Assembly (NCBI GenBank): GCA_020637595.1 | Contig: JACKKE010000006.1 | Span: 167,720-231,719, forward strand | DNA from: Rhodobacter sp. | GTDB taxonomy: Bacteria; Pseudomonadota; Alphaproteobacteria; Rhodobacterales; Rhodobacteraceae | Reading direction: 5' to 3' | Length of the DNA: 64,000 nt | In this document: in pieces, positions 57,903 to 64,000 of the stretch | How positions within the stretch are numbered: position 1 is the first letter of the stretch | Layout: every line of letters starts with the position of its first letter | The notes under the pieces: generated by a model | What the model saw: only the letters and a program-made list of their open reading frames with translations | Databases searched by the model: none | Told to the model about the DNA's origin: nothing | Made by a program: the position numbers and the translations under genes

Positions 57903-60275
57903 ATGCCCAAAGACAGCGGCATCGGCGCCAGCAGCAAGCGGCGCGAAGACGTCCGGTTCCTGACCGGCAAGGGCCGGTATATGGACGACATGAACCGGCC
58001 GGGCCAGGCCTATGCCTATCTGCTGCGCTCGCCCGTGGCGCATGGCCGGATCACGGCGCTCGACACCCGCGAGGCCGAGGCCGCGCCGGGGGTGATCAAG
58101 GTGATGACCAGCGCCGACACCGCCGGGATCGGCGGCTTGCCCTGCGGCTGGCAGATCCATTCGCGCGACGGCGCGCCGATGCACGAACCCAAGCACCCGG
58201 TGCTGGCCGAGGGCAAGGTGCACCATGTCGGCGACCCGGTGGCGATGGTGATCGCGGAAACCGCCGCGCAGGCGCGCGACGCGGCCGAGATGATCGTCAT
58301 GGACATCGAGGAACTGCCGCCGGTCGTCAACATGAAGGACGCGGTCGCCGCCGGGTCGCCGCTGGTCTTCGACGAGATCGGCACCAACGTCTGCTTTGAC
58401 TGGACCTTCGGCACGCCGCAGGCGGAAACCGATGCGGTGTTTGCCGCGGCGGCGCATGTGACGACGCTGGATCTGGTGAACCAGCGCCTGGTCGCCAACC
58501 CGATGGAGCCGCGCGTCGCCCTGGGTGAATACGACCCGATCACCGAACTGCATTCGCTCTTCACCACCTCGCAGAACCCGCAGCTGATCCGTCTGCTGCT
58601 GTCGGCCTTTGTGCTGGGCATTCCCGAACAGCGGGTGCGGGTGATGGCGCCCGACGTGGGCGGCGGCTTTGGCTCGAAAATCTTCCACTATAACGAGGAA
58701 GTGCTGGTCGTTCTGGCCTCGAAGGCGCTGAAACGCCCGGTGAAATGGACCTCGGACCGGTCCGAGGCCTTCCTGTCGGACCGTCAGGGCCGCGACCATG
58801 TCACCCGGATCGAGGTGGCGATGGACAAGGACGGGCATTTCCTGGCGATGCGCACCGACACGCTGGCCAACCTCGGCGGTTATCTGTCGACGCTGGGTCC
58901 GGCGATCCCGACGATCCTGCACGGCACGCTGATGGCGGGGAACTACAAGACCCCGAAGGTCACCGTGAACGTCAAGGGCGTGTTCACCAACACCATTCCG
59001 GTTGACGCCTATCGCGGCGCGGGCCGCCCCGAGGCGACCTATCAGCTGGAGCGTCTGGTCGACAAGGCGGCGCGCGAAATGGGCCTCGACCCGGTCGAGA
59101 TCCGGCGGCGCAACTTCATCCAGCCCGACCAGTTCCCCTATGCCACGCCCGTCGGGCTGGCCTATGACATCGGCAATTATGACGCGACGATGGACAAGCT
59201 GGTCGAGGTCGCGGATTTCGCCGGCTTCGAGGCCCGCAAGGCGGAAAGCGCCGCGCGCGGCAAGCTGCGGGGGCTGGGCGTTTCCAGCTATATCGAGGCC
59301 TGCGGCATCGCGCCCTCGGCCGCGGCGGGCGCCCTGGGCGGGCGCGCGGGCGGCTGGGAATCGGCCAATGTGCGGGTCAACGCGGCGGGCGGCGTGACGG
59401 TCTGGACCGGCACCCACAGCCACGGTCAGGGGCATGAGACGACCTTTGCCCAGATCGTCGCCGACATGCTGGGCCTGCCCGAGAACATGATCGACATCGT
59501 GCATGGCGACTCGGCCTCGGGGCCGCTGGGGCTGGGCACCTACGGCTCGCGCTCGCTCGCGGTCGGCGGGTCGGCCATCGTCAGGGCCACCGAAAAGGTC
59601 ATCGCCAAGGCGAAAAAGATCGCCGCGCATCTGCTGGAGGCGGCCGAGGAGGACATCACCTTCGACAAGGGCACCTTTACCGTGGCGGGCACCGACAAGG
59701 CGATCGACTTCGGCACGGTGGCGCTGACCGCCTACGTCCCGCACAACTTCCCGCACGAGACCCTGGAACCGGGGCTGGAGGAGCAGGCGTTCTACGATCC
59801 GGCGAACTTCACCTTCCCGGCCGGCGCCTATGCCTGCGAGGTCGAGGTCGACCCGGAAACCGGCAAGGTCAGCGTCTGCTCCTTTGCCGCGGCGGATGAC
59901 TTTGGCAACATCATCAACCCGATGGTGGTCAGCGGTCAGGTGCATGGCGGGATCGGCCAGGGGATCGGCCAGGCGTTGATGGAGAACTGCGTCTATGACG
60001 AGAACGGCCAGCTGCTGTCCGGCTCGTTCATGGATTACGCGATGCCGCGCGCCGATGATGTGCCCAACTATGTCGTCGACCACAGCTGCATCACGCCCTG
60101 CACCCACAACCCGCTGGGGGTCAAGGGCTGCGGCGAGGCCGGCGCCATCGGGTCGCCGCCTGCGGTGGTCAACGCGGTGATCGACGCGCTGCAGCGCGGG
60201 GGTTACAGTCACGTCACCCATATCGACATGCCCGTGTCGCCGTCGCGCGTCTGGGCTGCCATGCAGGCCAAGTAA
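57903..60275 (+). CDS. coxL: Molybdenum hydroxylase large subunit, form II CoxL
   Basis: [25 protein letters not shown] (form II), HGQGHET, KGCGE. Confidence 0.93.
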   Translation: MPKDSGIGASSKRREDVRFLTGKGRYMDDMNRPGQAYAYLLRSPVAHGRITALDTREAEAAPGVIKVMTSADTAGIGGLPCGWQIHSRDGAPMHEPKHPVLAEGKVHHVGDPVAMVIAETAAQARDAAEMIVMDIEELPPVVNMKDAVAAGSPLVFDEIGTNVCFDWTFGTPQAETDAVFAAAAHVTTLDLVNQRLVANPMEPRVALGEYDPITELHSLFTTSQNPQLIRLLLSAFVLGIPEQRVRVMAPDVGGGFGSKIFHYNEEVLVVLASKALKRPVKWTSDRSEAFLSDRQGRDHVTRIEVAMDKDGHFLAMRTDTLANLGGYLSTLGPAIPTILHGTLMAGNYKTPKVTVNVKGVFTNTIPVDAYRGAGRPEATYQLERLVDKAAREMGLDPVEIRRRNFIQPDQFPYATPVGLAYDIGNYDATMDKLVEVADFAGFEARKAESAARGKLRGLGVSSYIEACGIAPSAAAGALGGRAGGWESANVRVNAAGGVTVWTGTHSHGQGHETTFAQIVADMLGLPENMIDIVHGDSASGPLGLGTYGSRSLAVGGSAIVRATEKVIAKAKKIAAHLLEAAEEDITFDKGTFTVAGTDKAIDFGTVALTAYVPHNFPHETLEPGLEEQAFYDPANFTFPAGAYACEVEVDPETGKVSVCSFAAADDFGNIINPMVVSGQVHGGIGQGIGQALMENCVYDENGQLLSGSFMDYAMPRADDVPNYVVDHSCITPCTHNPLGVKGCGEAGAIGSPPAVVNAVIDALQRGGYSHVTHIDMPVSPSRVWAAMQAK

Positions 60276-60287
60276 CGGAGGCCGGGA

Positions 60288-61079
60288 ATGTATAACTTCG
60301 ATTTCATCAAACCCGAAACACTGGCTGGGGCGGTCGAGGCCCTCGCCGGCGAGGATGCGCAGGCGCTGAGCGGCGGGCAGACGCTGCTGCCGTCGATGAA
60401 ACAGCGCCTGAACGCGCCGGCGACACTGGTCTCGCTGACCGGGATCGCTGAGCTCAAGGGGGTGTCCGGGCGGGCAGGGGCCTCGGTCACCATCGGCGCG
60501 GCGACCCCGCATGCGGTGGTCGCGGCCGAGGCCGGCGCCTTTTACCCGGCGCTGGCGGATCTGGCGGGGGGGATCGGTGATCCGGCGGTGCGCAACCGCG
60601 GCACCATCGGTGGATCGCTGGCCAACAACGACCCCTCGGCCTGCTACCCCTCGGCGGCTCTCGCCTCGGGGGCGACGATCAAGACCAACATCCGCGAGAT
60701 CGCCGCGGACGACTTCTTCCAGGGCATGTTCACCACCGCGCTGGAACCGGGCGAGATCATCACCGGGGTGAGTTTTCCGATCCCGGAAAAGGCAGCCTAT
60801 GCCAAGTTCCAGCAGCCCGCGTCGCGATTCGCGCTGGCCGGGGTGTTCGTGGCCAAGTTCGCCGGCGGTGTGCGGGTGGCGGTGACCGGGGCCTCGGAGG
60901 GGGGTGTGTTCCGCTGGACCGAGGCCGAGGCGGCGCTGAGCGCGAATTTCAGCCCCGACGCGATTGCCGGCATGGCGCCCCCGGCAGAGGGGATGATCGG
61001 TGATCTGCACGGGACGCCCGAATACCGGGCGCATCTGGTCGGCGTGATGACCCGCCGGGCGGTGGCCGCTGCCCACTGA
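60288..61079 (+). CDS. coxM: Molybdenum hydroxylase FAD subunit, CoxM-like
   Basis: SGGQTL, VRNRGTIGGSLANNDP, ASRFAL, EYRAHL. Confidence 0.92.
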   Translation: MYNFDFIKPETLAGAVEALAGEDAQALSGGQTLLPSMKQRLNAPATLVSLTGIAELKGVSGRAGASVTIGAATPHAVVAAEAGAFYPALADLAGGIGDPAVRNRGTIGGSLANNDPSACYPSAALASGATIKTNIREIAADDFFQGMFTTALEPGEIITGVSFPIPEKAAYAKFQQPASRFALAGVFVAKFAGGVRVAVTGASEGGVFRWTEAEAALSANFSPDAIAGMAPPAEGMIGDLHGTPEYRAHLVGVMTRRAVAAAH

Positions 61080-61106
61080 GCGACGCCCGGGTTGGGAACG
61101 ATGCAG

Positions 61107-61178
61107 GAGGGGGGCGCTGCCCCCCTCTTTGCTGCGCAAATTCACCCCCCGGAATATTTGCGACGCAAAGATGGAGGG
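61107..61178. repeat. REP-like intergenic element
   Basis: GAGGGGGGC-GCT-GCCCCCCTC hairpin, then CCCCCCGGAATATTTG...CAAAGATGGAGG. Confidence 0.55.
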
Positions 61179-62102
61179 TCAGATGTCGAAGCCGGGCGTG
61201 CCGCGTGCCTCGGGGTGGCGGGCGAGGTGCTCGCGCTTGATCGCCGCGGTGTCCTGGCGCGAGCCGTCGTGGCTCCATCCCGGGGCGGCGAAGGCATAGT
61301 AGAGCCGGTGGCGCATCGTCAGGCCGCGGCGGGTGACGTCCTTGAAGATGCCGACCCATTCGTGGAAGGCCACGCGCAGCGGGTTGAAGGTGGCGATGTT
61401 GTGGACGAGCCCGTATTCCGGGCGATCCTCGTCGAGTTCGGGGACGAAGGTGCCGAAGAGCTTGTCCCAGACGATGAACACGCCGGCATAGTTGCTGTCG
61501 AGATAGCGCGGGTTGCGGCCGTGGTGGACGCGGTGATGCGAGGGGGTGTTCATCACCGCCTCGATCCAGCGGGGCATCCGCCCGATCGCCTCGGTGTGGA
61601 TCCAGAACTGATAGATCAGGTTCAGCCCGCCGACGAAGACGATGATCGCCGGGTGGAACCCCATGAGCACCAGGGGTGCGCGCAGGATCACCATGAAGGT
61701 GACGGTGCCGGTCCAGGTCTGCCTGAGTGCGGTGGTCAGGTTGTAATGCTGGCTGGAGTGGTGGTTGACGTGGCTGGCCCAGACCCAGCGCGAGCGGTGG
61801 CCGAGCCGGTGCACCCAGTAATAGCGCAGGTCGTCGAGCACGAAGCACAGCGCCACCACCCACCAGCTGGTGCCCAGATCGAAGGGGGTGATCGCCCAGA
61901 GCGCCATCAGGAAGGTCCAGCCGACAAAGCCCAGAAGAAGGCCCTCGGCCACGTTGCCCGCGCCCATGATCAGCGAGGTCAGCGCGTCGCGGGTCTCGAA
62001 CCGGCCGCCGCGGCCCTTGAGGCGGACCCAGAGGAATTCGAGCAGGATCGCGGCGATGAAGCCGGGCACGGCGTATTGCACGACGTCGGGATAGTCAGGC
62101 AT
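61179..62102 (-). CDS. Fatty-acid hydroxylase/sterol desaturase family (alkylglycerol monooxygenase-like)
   Basis: His boxes HRLGH, HVNHH, WIH, HHRVHH. NYAG, WDKLFGTF. Confidence 0.9.
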   Translation of the reverse strand: MPDYPDVVQYAVPGFIAAILLEFLWVRLKGRGGRFETRDALTSLIMGAGNVAEGLLLGFVGWTFLMALWAITPFDLGTSWWVVALCFVLDDLRYYWVHRLGHRSRWVWASHVNHHSSQHYNLTTALRQTWTGTVTFMVILRAPLVLMGFHPAIIVFVGGLNLIYQFWIHTEAIGRMPRWIEAVMNTPSHHRVHHGRNPRYLDSNYAGVFIVWDKLFGTFVPELDEDRPEYGLVHNIATFNPLRVAFHEWVGIFKDVTRRGLTMRHRLYYAFAAPGWSHDGSRQDTAAIKREHLARHPEARGTPGFDI

Positions 62103-62478
62103 GATGCTCTCTCCACAGGGCGAGCCAGGCGGCGCGATCACGCTCGGGCAGGGGCAGGGTCGCATCGGGGGCGGCGAAATCGCCGAAGGACAGGCGCAGC
62201 GCCAGGCCGCGTTCGGTCAGGCCGGTCAGGCGGTGGGCGGTGGTGTCGGCGCCGAATGCCCGCAGGATGCCGAGGCCCTGCGCCGTCTCGACCAGCGCGG
62301 CGCCGCCCGCCAGATGCACCGCGCGCACCGTGTCGCCGGGCCAGTGGCGCAGCCATTCGCGCCGCGCCACCGCGGCATCAGCGATGTCGAACCGGCGCGA
62401 CTGGCCGGACAGGTGCAGCAGCACGCCGATGGCGGCGATGCCCAGCACGACCAGCGGCAACAGGATCGACAACGGCAT
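62095..62478 (-). CDS. Hypothetical protein with N-terminal TM
   Basis: LLPLVVLGIAAIGVLLH. GAGGG RBS. 8-bp overlap with the desaturase. Confidence 0.7.
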   Translation of the reverse strand: MPLSILLPLVVLGIAAIGVLLHLSGQSRRFDIADAAVARREWLRHWPGDTVRAVHLAGGAALVETAQGLGILRAFGADTTAHRLTGLTERGLALRLSFGDFAAPDATLPLPERDRAAWLALWREHHA

Positions 62479-62602
62479 GGGGCCCTCCCTCGGGGTGTCA
62501 GAAGAACCGGCGCAGGGGGCGGCTGTCAACGCTCACCCTGCGTCAGAGCACTGGTCTTGACCCGATCGGCAGCCTATCTTTCGCGGCAATGACGGAGGTC
62601 GG

Positions 62603-62980
62603 ATGCTGCGCATAGTCTGGATCATCGCCGGCGGTGTGTCGCTGGGCGTGGGGGTGGCGGGGATCGTCCTGCCGCTGGTGCCGACGACGCCCTTGCTGCT
62701 GCTGACTGCCTTTTGCTTTGCGCGGTCCTCGCCGCGGCTGGAGATGTGGTTGGTCGAGCATCCGCGGCTGGGTCCGCCGATCCGCGACTGGAGGGCCGAG
62801 GGGGCGATCTCGACCCGGGGCAAGACGCTGGCGATGATCGCCATCGCGGCGACCTTTACCCTCAGCCTGGTCCTGCGGCTGCCGTCGCATGTGCTGTTGA
62901 TCCAGGCGGTGACACTGGGGGCGGTGACGCTGTTCATCCTGACGCGCCCCGGTCCGGGCGGCGGCAACCTGGAATCCTGA
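62603..62980 (+). CDS. YbaN/DUF454-family membrane protein
   Basis: GIVLPLVPTTPLLLL..CFARSS, HPRLGP.IRDW. Confidence 0.9.
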   Translation: MLRIVWIIAGGVSLGVGVAGIVLPLVPTTPLLLLTAFCFARSSPRLEMWLVEHPRLGPPIRDWRAEGAISTRGKTLAMIAIAATFTLSLVLRLPSHVLLIQAVTLGAVTLFILTRPGPGGGNLES

Positions 62981-63044
62981 GCCGGCGCTTGACACGTCCG
63001 GCCTGCGGGCGTTTCGTTGCGCGGGGAACGGACCACAGGGGGCG

Positions 63045-63539
63045 GTGCTGGTGATCGCGGGATTTCTGAGGCTTGCACGGGTGTTGGACCGGCTGACGCT
63101 GGCGCTGGCGACGGTGGCCGGCGGGGTTCTGGTGCTGATGGTGCTGGTCAACGTGGTGCTGCGCTATGGGTTCGGCACCGGCTCGATCAAGATGCAGGAT
63201 CTGGCGAGCTATGCCTTCTCGGTGTTCCTGATCCTGGCGGTGCCGCTGTGCCACGCGCGCGGCGGGCATGTCCGGGTCGAGGTGATCTCGGAGCGCCTGC
63301 CGAAGGGCTATCTGCCGCGCGCCGATGCGCTGGCCTGGGTGCTGTTCCTGGCGCCGGTGTTCGGGCTGATCGTCTGGGCGGGCTGGGGCGAGGTGCTGTT
63401 TTCCTGGCAGATCGCCGAGGGCTCGACCACGCCGGGCGGCTTGGGCGGGTTCTATCTGGTCAAGACCGCGCTGCCGGTCGCTGCCGTGCTGATGGTGGTG
63501 CAGGGGCTTGCCGCCGTGCTGTCGGGGGTGCGGGCATGA
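63045..63539 (+). CDS. TRAP transporter small permease (DctQ)
   Basis: VVLRYGF, HVRVEVI, EGS..PGGL. 4 TM. Confidence 0.88.
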   Translation: MLVIAGFLRLARVLDRLTLALATVAGGVLVLMVLVNVVLRYGFGTGSIKMQDLASYAFSVFLILAVPLCHARGGHVRVEVISERLPKGYLPRADALAWVLFLAPVFGLIVWAGWGEVLFSWQIAEGSTTPGGLGGFYLVKTALPVAAVLMVVQGLAAVLSGVRA

Positions 63540-64000
63540 GCGGTCAGGAATGGATGCTGATCGTCCTGTTCCTGGGGCTGTTCGCCGGCATCCTGTCGGG
63601 GATCCCGGCGATGCTGGCGATTGCCGGCGTGCCCTTCGTGCTGGCGGTGATCGCCGGGCCGTTCGACCTCTTCAACCTGACCTTCCTGTCCACCTATCCG
63701 GCCCGCGTGCTGGGGGTGATGACCAACACACTGTTGATGGCGGTGCCGCTGTTCGTGCTGATGGGCGTGTTTCTGGAACGCGCCAACCTGGCCGAGCGGA
63801 TGCTGAAGGTTCTGGCGCGGCTGCTGGGGGGCTCACCCTTGGGGATGGCGCTGTCGGTGCTGGGGTTCTCGACGATCATCGCCGCCTCGACGGGGATCAT
63901 CGGCGCGACGGTGGTGATGCTGGTGCTGATCGCGCTGACACCGATGATCGAGGCCGGCGTGCCGAAACGGCAGGCGGCGGGGCTGATCTGCGCTTCGGGC
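63536..64000 (+). CDS. TRAP transporter large permease (DctM), 3'-truncated
   Basis: Translated by hand from the ATG overlapping the dctQ stop: GIPAMLAIAG, LMAVPLFVLMGVFLE, AASTGIIGATVV, ICASG. Confidence 0.9.
   Translation, partial: MSGQEWMLIVLFLGLFAGILSGIPAMLAIAGVPFVLAVIAGPFDLFNLTFLSTYPARVLGVMTNTLLMAVPLFVLMGVFLERANLAERMLKVLARLLGGSPLGMALSVLGFSTIIAASTGIIGATVVMLVLIALTPMIEAGVPKRQAAGLICASG

Noticed and set aside
57903-60275. Bona fide (form I) aerobic CO dehydrogenase
   Set aside because: Active-site loop is AYRGAGR, not AYXCSFR. Gene order is S-L-M and no coxDEFG genes are adjacent.
62556-62579. RpoH-like promoter CTTGAC...CCTATCT before the ybaN-like gene
   Set aside because: Spacer is only 11 nt, too short.

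Overview
High-GC (roughly 70% by eye) chromosomal segment of an alphaproteobacterium, most likely Rhodobacteraceae/Paracoccaceae, judged from the trkA-trkH-hfq-hflX, rodZ-ispG, hemA, rplU-rpmA-obgE-proBA, chpT, olsBA, gapR and form II coxSLM gene set. It is mostly core genes plus one tRNA-Thr(UGU). I found no transposase, integrase, phage gene or CRISPR array. The main unexplained signals are four. (1) An unannotated three-hairpin sRNA candidate between fliG and ispG, with two identical CCUCCC anti-Shine-Dalgarno loops and an FNR-type box upstream. (2) A five-gene GT2 / TPR-like / sulfotransferase x2 / TPR-GT32 glycosylation-sulfation operon with no export or polymerase genes. (3) A mycobacterial-type polyprenyl-phospho-arabinose pathway (HAD-UbiA, GtrA, DprE1, DprE2) with no arabinosyltransferase in view, inside an envelope-related block between proS and tRNA-Thr. 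That block also holds a 7-repeat RCC1/BLIP-II-like protein and a membrane-anchored protein with an unassigned His/Lys/Asp-rich domain. (4) A small secreted gene inserted between coxS and coxL. All calls come from reading motifs by eye; no database search was run, and several start codons were re-chosen manually.
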